This document shows, in pieces, positions 37,352 to 49,963 of a stretch of 64,000 bases of DNA (positions are counted from its first letter, which is position 1; the number at the start of each line of letters is the position of its first letter). The stretch covers positions 3,472,001-3,536,000 of the forward strand of contig CM030335.1 in assembly GCA_017654855.1 (NCBI GenBank), read 5' to 3'. The notes beneath the pieces were generated by a model, which did no database searches, had not been told where the DNA came from, and was given only the letters and a program-made list of their open reading frames with translations. Both the position numbers and the translations under genes were made by a program. This DNA comes from Podospora anserina (lineage: Eukaryota).

Positions 37352-38170
37352 CCTGGTTCGAGATGGCGGTACTCGTCTCTGGCTGGAAAGAAAAAGCAGA
37401 ACTTTGCAGACGTAAACCGAAGAGGGGTGTTATATGCCAAGTTGGCCGCGGCTGGCTGTTGACTTATATCTCATTTCACACACTCCCATCCATTCACATA
37501 CCGTTGCCGAACTCCGTGAGAGATAGACTGAAGTACCGCCCCGGACCAAACTGCCGTATATTGGAGCCAATCTTGACTGGATATATCCCGTGTGGGTAAA
37601 CTGCCTTTGTTGTCAATCTGCCGCGTCTCGCCGACTTTGCTGGCCGTGCCGCACCTATTGGAGAAGCAGGATGAGGAGCAATATAAACCCAAATGAACAT
37701 TTGCGCGGACCCCACTTTCGACTTCATCTTTTTGACAGGACCATAACCAGCGATTGGTGCCTGTCAATGATCGTTCACTCTTTTCAGACAGCTTGGTGGC
37801 ATTGCCACATGGACCTGGGTCCCTGTCTGGTATTTCCAAACCCTGAAGGCGAATTCACAGGACCTGGTAGTCCCACTCTCGGCAAGCCTCCCGGATGCTG
37901 GTGGCGTCTGTTGGTTCACGGTAGTTGGCGTGTCATCGCACAAGCAAAGAGCTTATCTCAACCTCAAGTTACAGCAGATGACACCGATTTGCTATTAATA
38001 AGTCGAGCATGGATATCTCGGCAGTCTTGTCATCTCGTGTGAATGCTGCCTCGTTCTGGGCGGGTTCGGATCGTGGGTTCGCTTCTGCATCTTGTATGCA
38101 GTTGTGTCTGAGAGGGGAAAGATCATCGGGTTTTCAAAGTCTGCGCTATCGCCGGGCTTGCGGCGTCATA

Positions 38171-40283
38171 CTAGCTTTCTGGGATGTCCCTATAAGTGGC
38201 TGAGGTATCGTCCTCGCCGAGCAAAGCAGAATTGGCTCTTGGTCTGCAGCGAGCCTATTAATAAACGCTCATCGGCGAGTTCTTCTGATGCCTAGCTGGT
38301 GAGCTTACCTCTTGAGTTTCCTTTCCGCAATCCGCAAAGCAATACACATGACAATGACCAACAACCAAAAGACGATCGAGAGCTGCCAGGCATATGCATC
38401 TACGCCATTGCTGTTAGCACTGGGCTTGAGGTACCTAAGTCGGGGATCAACCATACAATACGGCGCCTGCGAAGCCGGCCAGATGAGAACCTGGGACCAT
38501 GACAGCACAGCATAAACACCAGCAATCGAATACCCAATAATCAGTGTGCGAGCTTCGGAGTCCTGAGGAAGCCTGTTTGCTAGTCAGCACGTGACCCAGT
38601 CTCTTCCCAATTAGACAACACCAACAGCTCAGACAGCCAGGACATGACCAACGGTGCAGTTCCTAGACTTAGATAGGTCATCAGGTAACTAGCATAGGCT
38701 GATGATAATGGTGTTGTATCCGGATGTGAGGTCCACACACTCATAATCGTGCAAGGGATTAGTCCGATGATAGCTTGGGCGACGACAAGAGTCCATCTTG
38801 TTTGAAATACATCGGACAGGATTGCCCATATCCAGACTGATTAAAGTCAGCATGACGATGACAGCCCCGCACACAAGAATCGAGAGACTCACCGCACACG
38901 ATATTGATAGCTCCTCCGGCGATGGGAATTGCATTTACCTCCTCTGTGGTCCATGTCGGTGTCCCGTCAGGGTTTTTCAAGCTCTTGAGAAACAGGTTGA
39001 AGTAGTTGTATCCGTACGGAGCCAAAACAGTGGCGATGTAAAGGGCAGGAATGAAGTAGGCAATCCACATAGAGAAGGTCCGTTTGGCACTGTCCCAGGT
39101 GATGCGCTTGGTGTCAGACCGGCCATGCCGATCGAGGCGCACAGTGGCCATGGCAGCATGGTCAGCGCTGAGCCAGAATGCTCCGGGGTTTGGCAGCTTT
39201 GGGTAGTCAGGGATCATGAAGAAGCCGGCGAGACCAATGGCCAAAGTCATGATGCCGTTGATAATAAAGAGCCAGCTGTTGTTGGTTAGTACGCGACATC
39301 TGTGAGAAAATAGTCAGACATACCGCCATCCCCGAAGGCCCCAGGTCCCCTCTAGTGTCTCGAGAATTGCTACCTGGAGGGCTCCAGACATCATCGATCC
39401 AAGGGCTTGGCATGAGTGGTAGAACCCCATGCGTTTTGCAAGCTCCATCGGTGTGTACCAGTACACTGCAGACGTGTTAGTAAAGCGCCCCATGGGGTAA
39501 GACTGAGTGCTCACGCACTGAAGAGGGTCATCATCCCCGGCCACGCACTGCTCTCAAAGAGACCAAGCAAGACTCTCAGTGCATAAACTTGACGGGCATT
39601 TTGAGTGAAGGCGATGAAGGCGGTGACAAAGCCCCAGCCAATTTCCAGTCCCGGCAACCAGTAACTTGGACGTACGTAGGTAATGATGACTTGGGATGGG
39701 ATAAGCATGAGGCAATATGAGATGCTGAAGAAGGTGGTGAAGCTGTGGGCGGCCAGGACATTAGTTTTCCATCTTCCTGGACCGGAGATGGTGGAGCATG
39801 ACGTACTAGTTGAGTTCATCACCATACAGCTCGAGATCTTCCTTCATGCCGGAGACATATGCCGAGCTGATGTTTGTTTGGTCAAGATATCTGTGTGATT
39901 GTCAACTTGAATCCTTGCATTGGTCATATTTCGGTTACCCCATTGCTCACTTTATTACTTGACGAAAGCCGGTCAGAACGATGCGGTATAGCTCTCATGG
40001 CATGGCACTCACCCTGAGATATGCACCCAAATGTCATCAAAAAGATATCCAGCCGCCGAACCAAGTCTTGCTCCAGTGGGGAGCTCTTGACGCTGGTCGT
40101 CGGTGGCGGCCAAAAAGCGACCCTCTGTGTAGCTTTTCCCAGCCATGACAGTTGCCCATTGCCGCCGACAGTCTCGCTGCTCTCGTTCAAGGAGACAGTG
40201 TCGTTGTGGTCACTGTCGTGGTGGGGGTCTTGTGGCGCATCGCGAGCTGATAAGGCGCGATAGCGCGCGGCTGATGATGACAT
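38171..40283 (-). CDS. MFS transporter, allantoate/pantothenate (Liz1/Fen2-like, ACS) family
   Basis: LVRRLD...[60 protein letters not shown] motifs; many short introns. The 3' end is inferred. Confidence 0.88.
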
Positions 40284-40595
40284 ATTCGGCAATCCAAAAC
40301 AATAAGAGATACTCACTGAACAAGTATCATCTCGTAAGCGAAGTGAAATCACAGCTTTACTCCTTCCAACACAGAGTTAGTTGTTGAAACGACAAATTCG
40401 CGTTGTTTGATGGAATGAATGTCTTGAACTTATCGCTAGTCAGATGACAGATGATAGCGCCCCACCACCGCCAGCTGCGAGCGGCTATCCGCGGCTGGCA
40501 GCGCACGCCAAAAGCCCCTGAACGAATCCCTAAACGATTCACTTCCTCCATTTTTTATCTACCATCGGCACGACTAGGTAGATAATCCCCCCGTC

Positions 40596-42127
40596 TCACC
40601 CCCTCAAATCCCCCACCAACCTCTCCAGCACCGTATCAGTAAAAATCCACAAACTCGTACTCAAATGCACCCCCAAACTCGCCCCCGTATACCACGTCCC
40701 CCTCCTCCCCTGCAGCCCATTCAACCGTTGGATGAACCCGCCCTCCAGCTTCTCCTTCGTGACATACGCACTCACCAACCCATGCGGCTCAAACATGTGG
40801 AACGTCAACCTCTGCGCAGGACTCGTCTGGTTCACCACCCCGCCCTCCACCAGCTTGTCAAACGAGTCCTCAATCACCTTCTTGGCCTGGGCAGCAGTGA
40901 ACGTCTGGTCGCCCACAGCAATGAGCCGGAAGTAGGACGAGTCGGCGTAGTTCTCGAAGCGGGTGTTGTAGGGGTAATCGGGAATCGCCTCGGGCCAGTT
41001 GGCTGGCTGGGCCGAGGCGGGAATATTGACGAGGGATTTGTTGAGGGGTAAAGAAGGGTGAGAGACAACTCCGACGTAGCTGGCGCTGTAGTTAAACTCG
41101 CCGAGCGTGGACCTTTCCTCACGGTCGAGGTCAAGAGGCGAGGTGTTTGCCTCGCTGGGGATGGCTGTGTAGAGCAGTCTTTTGGCGACGATCCTCGTCT
41201 TGACACCAGTGGCAGAGTTTCTCACGATCAAAGTCACGCCCTTGCGGGAGGAGCGCTCCTCGGTGGATATCACCGTGGTGGATGTCAAGGCGTCAGCGCC
41301 GAGGGAGGTGAGGATACGGTCGTAGAGGTCTTGGTTCTTGCGGGAGACGGGTACGATGCTGGTTTCGATGCCCAACAGGACCCGGACGAGGTTGACGTTG
41401 AAGGAGCGCATGAACCAGACCGTCAAGTGACCCATCATGTCATGGATACCAAAGCCGGTCGTGGCGTGGAACATGGGTACAGCAGCCGTCAGGTTGTATT
41501 TGGCAACAAAGTCGCGGAATGGCAGCAGCAGATCGGCTGGGATGTCTTGTGGCAGGGGGAATGTCCACCATCCAGGCTCCAATACTGGGAGGAAGGACTC
41601 GGCGACTTCGAGATACCTCTGCAGCGCAGCGGTTCTATCAGCTGCAGACGGCGGGCTGTAATTGGTCAACTTCTCGCCGTTGGTGAAGTCGATAGACACT
41701 GTCTCGGCTGTCGATCGAACATTGGGCTGCATTTCGACTCCGAATCTTTCAAAGAAAGCTCGTGCTCCACCAATCTCGATCCAGTTTTGGACTCCGCAAT
41801 CAAAGCCACGCCCTGTTACAGGATCAATGAATGTGTTGACATGTCCTCCCTAAGGTATGGTAAACTTCTCGTCAGCGCCGTCAGTGAGTCGAGGACGATG
41901 AAACTTACAAGATTGGAGTTCTTCTCAATAACAACCACACTGACGTTGTAATCTTCCCTCAGCCTAACAGCTGAGTAAGAGCCTGAAGCACCACCCCCGA
42001 TGATAGCAACATCTTTGTAGATGGTCCGGATACGATCATTGCCCTTGCCCTTGCCTTTGCCTTTCCCATCGGCCAAAGTGAGCACGAAACCACTCAAGGC
42101 CACAGTAGCAAGAACCGTGCTCCGCAT
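40596..42127 (-). CDS. Secreted FAD-dependent oxidoreductase (flavin amine-oxidase-like)
   Basis: Signal peptide MRSTVLATVALSGFVLTLA, Rossmann motif DVAIIGGGASGSYSAVRL...VVVIEK, then after one intron GGHVNT, and C-terminal LQGRRGTWYTGA. Confidence 0.88.
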
Positions 42128-42763
42128 TTTGACGACGAGATGACAGGAAACAATAAAAAGTCCCAGTCCCAGTCGGAGATTCATCAAGTACCTATTTATC
42201 CTGCAGAAACATGGGACTCCCCGCAGCGGGAGAATCCCACCACCCGACCACGTAACTCTCCAATGCAAGGGCCATCTTACTTTTCTCGGGCACCTGTCGT
42301 GTAACCATAAAGTAGAGTGAGCTACCACACCTGCTGGACAGCTCTGTCAAATTTGCTGACCAACATGCGATGAGTTTGTTGGTTCTGCCTTGGTGTAAGG
42401 TACCAAGCGTGCGAATGAGGGTCGGCAATCCAGTGCCCTAATGTAAGCCAAGGCGGTAACGAGGCAGACGTGGCGTGCAATAATGCAGTGCAAGCAGATT
42501 GTTGTTTTGACTCCAAGCTAAAGAGGCGGCTTTTCCACAACCATCGACAATGAGAGTGGAAAAAGGATGATCGATTAGATTGTAGGGAAAACAATATCTC
42601 AACTACGCTAATCAGTACGTCTGCAACCTCAATTGGCAATCCCCTCATCAAACTCAAGAGAAACAAGGAAGGACAACCGTGGACCAAGAATCCTGGTCAC
42701 TGATTATGTCCTTTAGAGCCCTTGCAAAACTCGCCGTAACCGTCGCCTCTTCACAGTTTCCCT

Positions 42764-44260
42764 TCACATCATGGATTGTAGCCATCTCTCATGAGTCCTC
42801 TGGCCAACACTCTTAAGCCAGCCTGCTGTTTTTACGGCAGACAAAGCGGCCAAGGTGAGGTACTCCTCGCGGTCCGTCATCAGCTTTTCCAAAGCCTCCT
42901 CCCAAGGTCCAATATCTTGATCTGGAATGATGTAGTCCCCATTCTCATCTCGCTGATGACCGGTGACAGGGTTGATGGGAATGATGGGAGGGACGTTGAC
43001 CTTGGCCTCAGGGAGCCCGCCAGAATTGGAAGCAATGACAGGTATACCACGAAGCTGCGCCTCCGTGACAATAAGCCCCCAGGCTTCGTGCCAGATAGAT
43101 GGGGCGAGAAGAATCTTGATGCGGTCCCAAATGTCGTCGGTGTTCGGGGTAGTCGCCTCGATGCTGTCATCCATGGGTTAGTGTCATGCACTCCACCGCA
43201 CAGTAGCTAAAGAAAAAACACACCGGATATTGGGATAAGCCTTTATTCTCTCAATGTGTCGAGGTTTGGACCCCCAGCTAGTCCATGTGACAAACTTCAT
43301 GTGTGGGAACTTGGCAGCTAGGCCAAGCACAATATCCAAGCCTTTGATGGGGGCCGGGTTGACCATACCAATCTCCTCCTTGTCGACATTGTTTCGAATA
43401 GCCGGCATCCTACCAGTGTCAACATCGAGAAAAGTCCAAGGTGTGTGCGCCAGAAACTTGGTCTGAAGCCTGCCATGCTCCCATGCGTAACGTTGAATGG
43501 CCTTGGACACGGACCAGACCCCGTCCAACTTGCGCAGCATTTCATTTTCCACCTTGGCGGAGATACAGTGGCCCTCTACACCTGCACAGTAGGGACCAAA
43601 AGGAACTTGTTCCGCCGAGTGCACAATACACACCCGTTTGAACGTCTCCCGAAGAGCATGACCAGCTGTGAGCTTCATGGTGAGGGAATCGTTGAAAAGA
43701 ACGTGGGTAGGTCTGAAGTCGGTTATAGCTCTGGAGTATACTCCAGTAAGGCCCTTGATGCGGCTGCTGAGATCATCGTTCTACAGTTGAGCACAAAGGG
43801 CAGTTAGCTTCAGGGTAGCAACAAGAGACAGTGAGAGGAGCCCTACTTCCAAATACGCCCGCGATTCCACCTAGAACTCGCCGGCTGGATAGGCAGCTTT
43901 GAACTCATGACGCGCAATGGTGGTGTTGAGTATCCCCCACTCGTCGGTAAACTCGTTGATATGGAGCTTGTGCTCCTGGTTCTTGCCATCGGTGACAATG
44001 ACAGGTTCCAAGCCTATCACGCCAGGATAGACTCCCTTGGCCTTGGCTCTCCTAGCATATTTATCGAGCTCCTCGGGGAAGGCATAGCAGACCTGGGCAG
44101 TGGCATGGCCCAGCCTGCTCAGGTTGCGTAGGAGACAGACATTCGCCTTGTAGCCGCCCGAAGAAGGAGTCAGGCCATGAGCCGTCTGGACAAGCAGCAA
44201 GCGCATTCTCGGACCGCCCCCGGGGGTATATCCTTCAAGTTGAAGCTGAGGATAATGCAT
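42764..44260 (-). CDS. Glycosyltransferase family 4 (GT-B) gene interrupted by a single in-frame TAG (43871-43873); 456 aa if read through
   Basis: MRLLLVQTAHGL..SSGGYKAN, PTHVLFND, IVHSAEQVPFGP, GMVNP..IKG and LLAPSIWHEAWGLIVTEA (E-x7-E) motifs. Canonical introns 43781-43846 and 43164-43223; exons of 414+557+400 nt stay in frame. Confidence 0.85.
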
Positions 44261-45552
44261 CTGGGCTGATGGGTGTCGTTGAGAATGCGTGGTATAGAAG
44301 GTATAAGACGAAACTGCCGCAAAGCGATGAGGTCGAAGACAGGGTTGTCGATCGAGAGAAGAGTTGATATCCAATGCTGAAATAGGTCAAAGACGGTCTT
44401 TTATATAGGAAAAGAGAAGAGGCGGGCTACATGACGTTCTGGTCACCGGTTGAGCGAGTTATTTTCCAAGAACTCGAATCCAGATGCTGGTGACCAGAAG
44501 GGAGCAAGACAGGGCTGCACGAGATCGTCGTCCAATGTCCTCGTTTGTCCGTTTTACGTGGAGTTTGATTTCGTGACACTTTTGGTAAATTGAATAACGA
44601 TAACTAGTGCCAAGAAAAGCGCGCAAAAGGAAATTGAAGGACGATACCGTGATGCCGTCGTCAAAGCCGTCGGGGATTTGGTTGGGTGGTGGGTTGTATT
44701 TGGGTCAGGTGGGCAAGAAACTGATGGGGTCTGCAAACAGACAGCTTGACCCTCTGCCTTCCCCCTGTGCAAGAGGAAGGAACGAATGATGACCTCTCCG
44801 GGGACTCGGTCAGTGGAAACCGGAAATCATAAAGTTCCTGCTCCGATTCGCAAGCCGCCAGATAAGCCGTACCTTCCTCTGATTCAAGGTAGATCACGAG
44901 CCCATGTGAAACATGCGAGTATTTTATTTAAACACCACATAATGTAGAGATACCCTTTAATACGCCCAATGGTGTTTCATTTGAACCCGGGTTTCTCTCA
45001 AGGACGCAACAGACCCCACCGTAGATTTGGTAGAGTGCCACCTGCCATCCACTATGCAAACAAACTGGGCACGACATAATTCATCTCAAATACCTATTAT
45101 CGTCCATGCTTTTCAATGGCATTTTGGCTCATCGGCCTTCATGAGGGCAGTTGAAACTGACAATCACTGCTGCAACAACACCGGAGAAACATTCACACCC
45201 GAAACTATTGGAGGGCCTGGCAGGTTCAGGGGCATGAACCTCTCGTATTAATGACGAACACCACCCTCGGACCCTCCCGCCGTCAATAGCCAGTGCACAC
45301 CAACACCCATGACGTTGATTCTGTGGCTTGTGACCCTTCTCTGTGTGTTTTGTCCAACACGGACACATCTGTGCGCCCACCCATCCCCGGATCATGATGA
45401 CATACCGGCCTCTGCAAACAAAACCACTGCCCTTTCCGCTCTTCCGCTCTCAACCTCTCATTTCCTTGCAACCTTACCTTACACTTTTGGTTTTTGACAA
45501 CTTTCCCATGTCCTATACAGCATCAGCCAAGCAAATCGGCGACAAAGTAAAC

Positions 45553-46065
45553 ATGTCCTACGCCGGAAACTCCAAGGTTGGGTTCCCTAACATCTATGAG
45601 GACTCCAACCAGAAGAACATCAAGAAATCCGAGATTGACGAGATGACGAGGCACTCGGGGGAGAATGTCAAGGGTTTCATGCCAAGTATTCCCAACATTT
45701 CCGTCTTCTCCGCCATGCACACTGACATATATGCTCCAGAGGATCAACCTGGCGAGGTGAACAGATTGTACGAGGAGAAGGTATGACACGATCCATTGTT
45801 GCCCAGCCAGAGTTATACTGACAAGGTCTCCTCCACAGTTCAAGAGAGAGAGGGCCGACGCCCTAAAGAATGACCCAACCTTAGCGGTACCTTGACTTGC
45901 CCCTTATCACTCGACGCGGATTGGACTGACAACAGTTGCCAGGCGACCCTCAACAACAACAAGCCTTCGAAAGGTGCGATAATTGACAAGGAGATTGAGG
46001 AAGAAGAGCGGGCGATGCTTGAGAAGAAGAAGGGCAAGGGCATGACAGGGGAGAGCCACTACTAG
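45553..46065 (+). CDS. Small hydrophilic fungal protein of unknown function (3 introns)
   Basis: Spliced product MSYAGNSKVGFPNIYEDSNQ...DPTLA-ATLNNNKPSKGAIIDKEIEEEERAMLEKKK...HY*; GT-AG introns with CTGAC branch sites. Confidence 0.8.
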
Positions 46066-46101
46066 CAAGCATCCCGACTCCAATCTAGAATAGCCATCTA
46101 T

Positions 46102-47100
46102 CTAGTCGCCATCCAGCTCCCACAATTCATCCATGCTCTCTGACAGCTTCTCGGGGTTATTGTAGTCAAAGAACCAATCATTCATGATGTGCTCCCAGTC
46201 GAGGATCTCACTTCTTGGTGAGTCGTGTAAAATAGCCTCAAGTCGATGGTGGGGTAGCCGGTGGCCATCTCTGCAAATGGCCGCGGAATCTCTGCGACGG
46301 TTGACGGGGAATTCATTGCGCGTGGTGTAATTATCATCAAATGACCACTGATCGATCATCTGGGCCACCTGTATATTTCTTTGGTAACTCTGATGTGGCC
46401 ACTTCCTCCTGTTGCTGCCCAAGTTCTTGATCCTCCTTTTCTTCGAACTCGCACAACTCATCAGGTTGGTAACCCCGTTCCACCGCCCCCTGATAACCCT
46501 TGTCCTCCATCCATTCCTTGATCTTCTTCACTGGACCAACAAAAGGTAGCAGAAAGGCGCCCAGTAGATCATAATCGGACCAACTCTGCTTTTTAGCTGT
46601 GATCCCTGGTGGGTTGGTGGTAAGAAAGTGCGTGCATCCAACTCGCGCACATTGACACCGAGTCTGGCCCAAACCAGCCACCCCCGACGACAACATTCCC
46701 ATCGTCATCAAAATGACTATGCCAATTTCCGTCACAAAGAGAATACTCCCAATCGTGTTCCCACCTGGCGTGCTCGAGTTCGTTGTAGACGTTGACAAAT
46801 GTGCCGCCTCGGTAGGCACGATAGTCCCAACTTCCACCCGCGAACCCGTTCTTCAACACGACCGTTCTGTCCTCCCTCGACGACGCAACCGCCCATTGTT
46901 CCACCTTGAAAATAATCTTCTCCCTCCACTCCTGGATGGCAATTCCATGCTGCCTCCAGGAAGGATGTAAATACCTCCCATAATTATCCCGCGGAAAGAA
47001 CAACACCGGCTGAATCTCCACAACCTTCTCCTCTGCAGTTCTCAGTCGTCTCAACGTCAAAACACCACCCAGATTCCTCCCCGCTCAACCCCGCCCTGGT
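46102..47100 (-). pseudogene. Frameshifted coding-like region of unknown family
   Basis: Three overlapping minus-strand ORFs in different frames (46593-47060, 46337-46837, 46102-46461), each protein-like only in part; no clear splice signals or start codon. Confidence 0.45.
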
Positions 47101-47557
47101 GAACTGCCCCCTCAACCCAGCCGCCACCCCCTCCCAGAACCCTTCAGAAGAAGATCATGACGGGGGATGAAGGTTTGGCTCGATGAGGTCAGGGGCAGGT
47201 CAAGTGTGTGTTAGATGGTCACAACATGTCTTTCGCGTGGAGAAGTGGCAATGAGCCCAGTGAATTGGTGGGTTGGACGTCGCAAGGCAAGCACTGGAAC
47301 AGGCAGATAGCGGACCAAACATTATTCTCCTTCGACCGGTGACTCGGGCAAAATAAAGAGAACAGGTGAAGCTTGCAGTAACTGTGCCTTGTACAAAGCT
47401 CGCCTCAGACAAACCACATCCTGAGCAACATTGACTGGATTCTACACACAAACCTGACACTGACCGAAACCTACCTTGCCTAGCCAAACCTAAAACAAAA
47501 GAAACAAACCAAACACCAACCCTACGCATTTTAGCCCTCAGACGCAAACCACCTACC

Positions 47558-49963
47558 TCAATCCTCATCGTCATCACCATCCCGAATGTAGCACCTACCT
47601 ACACACTGGACAGCCAGCTTCGGTGCTCGATCATAGTACATGCCGTCCCTGGAGAAAAGCTGCGCCCTTATCGCACTCGTCATGTTGTTGCGTGCAAGGT
47701 TGCGCAGCACCTGATCCGCATATTCATCGACGTTGGTCCTGATGAGCTCCGCCCAACCATTCAAATCTGGCGAGTTCCTACTAAAGGGGTTGAGCAACGA
47801 GAGCGTCTCATGTTCATAGAATATATTGGCAGCCCTAAGGTTGGCAATGTACGCGCTGTTCGATGGTGCATGTCGTGGCAGGGTCAAAAGCAGTGGAACC
47901 TGGGGCGTACAATACTCTTCATCACCACCATCGGCCGCAGCAGCAAAGCGCCTCAACTCGTTGACTCGTCTCGTCAGGCTGCTACCCCGTCGCGGATTCT
48001 GGCGGGAAGCGCGCCAATGTCCACTGCCGGACGAAGAAAGCCCGAGACATCTGCAAAAGAACATCTTGGCCCGTAGAGATTCGTATCCAGGAGGCCCAAA
48101 CATGTCCCTCCGGCGAGCGCCTCGTTCTAGCAGAAGCCTTACCAGCCCGATATTTGCATTCTTGACAGCTAGTGCAATAGGTGCCCAGCCACCGATGGTC
48201 TGGGCGTGGATATCCGCACCGTTGTCGAGAAGAAGGCGTGCTGCCCTGACTTGCTCGTCGAGCTGGGTGGACAGACCAAAGAAACAGGCAAAGTGAAGCG
48301 GGGTCCAACCTACCACGTCACGGGCGTCGATTGCCAGGCCAGAAATCTCTGGACCGCCGAGAAACTCCACCAAAGGACGGACCCTGTCCCCCGAGGCAAA
48401 CATGGACGCGAAGTGAAGTGGTGTCATGCCTTCCGAGTCTCTTCTGTCCATGTCTGCTCCCATTGCAAGCAGAGAAGTGACGAGGGTGGAAGAACCAAGG
48501 AAGCCAAACGGCAGACAGACCCAGCGGAGCGCGGTCAAATCACTGGTCCACCAGGTCGAATTGTAGTTGTTGGATAAGTCTCGGGTGTCAACGGCGGCGG
48601 AGGATCTGCCGAACAGAGTCTCGCCGTCCGTCTCGCATGCTTCGCCCATGCGTCTTAGCAGGCCAGAGGTGATTTGAAGGAAGTCTGTAGCCGTGTGACC
48701 AAGCCCGTAGACAGTGGAGCAGTGTGTTATCCAGCGGTCGGTCAACTGAGTAACAGCCAGAAAAGGAGAAATCTCGCGTTGGGCGAAACTCACCATATCT
48801 AAGCCATGCGGCTGGGACAAGCTTAGGGCGAATATCCGGAAGACCTCGGGGGTTCTATTCATGTTATACCATGGGCACTCCTGATCGCTCGCGAGCATAG
48901 CAACTATACGTTGAGCATCACGACCAGCCCCATACTGCAACAGCAACCGCACCTTTTCTTCGTCAAAAGACCAAGTGTCCCCGCCACTGGACGCTAGATA
49001 TGCCATCAGGGGAGTAAGTTCACCATGCAGCCCGCTCGGATATGCATCCCTTGTTATGCCGGTCGTGATCACCGGGGCGGATACATCAGGGCGCGAGTTC
49101 AAGTGGAAAATCCTCTGGCACGTACCGTACTGTCCTTTGAGTAGCGGATCAGCCCCGTGTTGCAGGAGGAGTTGGACTGTTTCTGCCGGTACGGACGACT
49201 GCATTGCAAGTCCCAAAGGGAGCTCGTGCCGTGCGTTGTACGGGTACCGGCCATAAAAGCGCCAGGACCAGCCAGTGTACAGATTGGGGTCGGCGCCGGC
49301 CTCCAAAAGGGCCTGAACAATACGGGGGTTTCCGCGCTGAAGGCTGGGTGTGTCATCCATGGTGCGGTGGAGAGGGTATGAAGCTTTCAGTCGGTAGGCG
49401 TAGCAGTTGACCGAATAGCTGTCAGGAGAGTTGACGTCGGCGCCTCTCTGGCAAAGTGATCGCACCAGTAAGGCGTCGTCTATGCAGATGGCGAGCTTTA
49501 GTGGGGTGTTGAACATGCACTCGTGAAAATCGGGATCGCGGATGACCCAGGTACAGTCTACCGCGGTGCCGTGGTCGAATCGGTGGTTGACCGACGCGCC
49601 ATGGGAAAGGGCCCGGTCGAGCGTTTCTAGGAAGCTGAAGGTGCAGGCCCATCGGAGGGAGAGGCAGTCGAACTCGGCAACGTCGCGGGAGTACAAGGCG
49701 GGAATGGCAAGGTCGGCCAAGTAGCGGCAAGTGAGGGCGAGGTGGAAGAGGTCGGCCTGGTACAGATAGCAGAATATGAGGAGGTGCAGTTCGTGGGGGA
49801 GGCGGTTGAGCATGGACTTTGCCGGAGGCCAATGCGGGGGAGGCAAGTCGTAAGGTTGGGCACCGTTGCACCATCGATCGTACAATGTTGTGTATTCCTG
49901 CTTTCTAAGCTCGAGATACTCGGCAAGCATCGGGTTGGGACGGCCCTCGCGGAAGACTCTCAT
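47558..49963 (-). CDS. F-box plus ankyrin-repeat protein
   Basis: F-box-like LNRLPHELHLLIFCYL...DLFHLALTCR followed by ankyrin repeats (NTPLKLAI, GMTPLHFAS, GWTPLHFAC, GWAPIALAV); intronless ORF with uncertain start. Confidence 0.88.
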   Translation of the reverse strand: MRVFREGRPNPMLAEYLELRKQEYTTLYDRWCNGAQPYDLPPPHWPPAKSMLNRLPHELHLLIFCYLYQADLFHLALTCRYLADLAIPALYSRDVAEFDCLSLRWACTFSFLETLDRALSHGASVNHRFDHGTAVDCTWVIRDPDFHECMFNTPLKLAICIDDALLVRSLCQRGADVNSPDSYSVNCYAYRLKASYPLHRTMDDTPSLQRGNPRIVQALLEAGADPNLYTGWSWRFYGRYPYNARHELPLGLAMQSSVPAETVQLLLQHGADPLLKGQYGTCQRIFHLNSRPDVSAPVITTGITRDAYPSGLHGELTPLMAYLASSGGDTWSFDEEKVRLLLQYGAGRDAQRIVAMLASDQECPWYNMNRTPEVFRIFALSLSQPHGLDMVSFAQREISPFLAVTQLTDRWITHCSTVYGLGHTATDFLQITSGLLRRMGEACETDGETLFGRSSAAVDTRDLSNNYNSTWWTSDLTALRWVCLPFGFLGSSTLVTSLLAMGADMDRRDSEGMTPLHFASMFASGDRVRPLVEFLGGPEISGLAIDARDVVGWTPLHFACFFGLSTQLDEQVRAARLLLDNGADIHAQTIGGWAPIALAVKNANIGLVRLLLERGARRRDMFGPPGYESLRAKMFFCRCLGLSSSGSGHWRASRQNPRRGSSLTRRVNELRRFAAAADGGDEEYCTPQVPLLLTLPRHAPSNSAYIANLRAANIFYEHETLSLLNPFSRNSPDLNGWAELIRTNVDEYADQVLRNLARNNMTSAIRAQLFSRDGMYYDRAPKLAVQCVGRCYIRDGDDDED

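Noticed and set aside
41058-41951. 297-aa plus-strand ORF
   Set aside because: Antisense to the FAD oxidoreductase.
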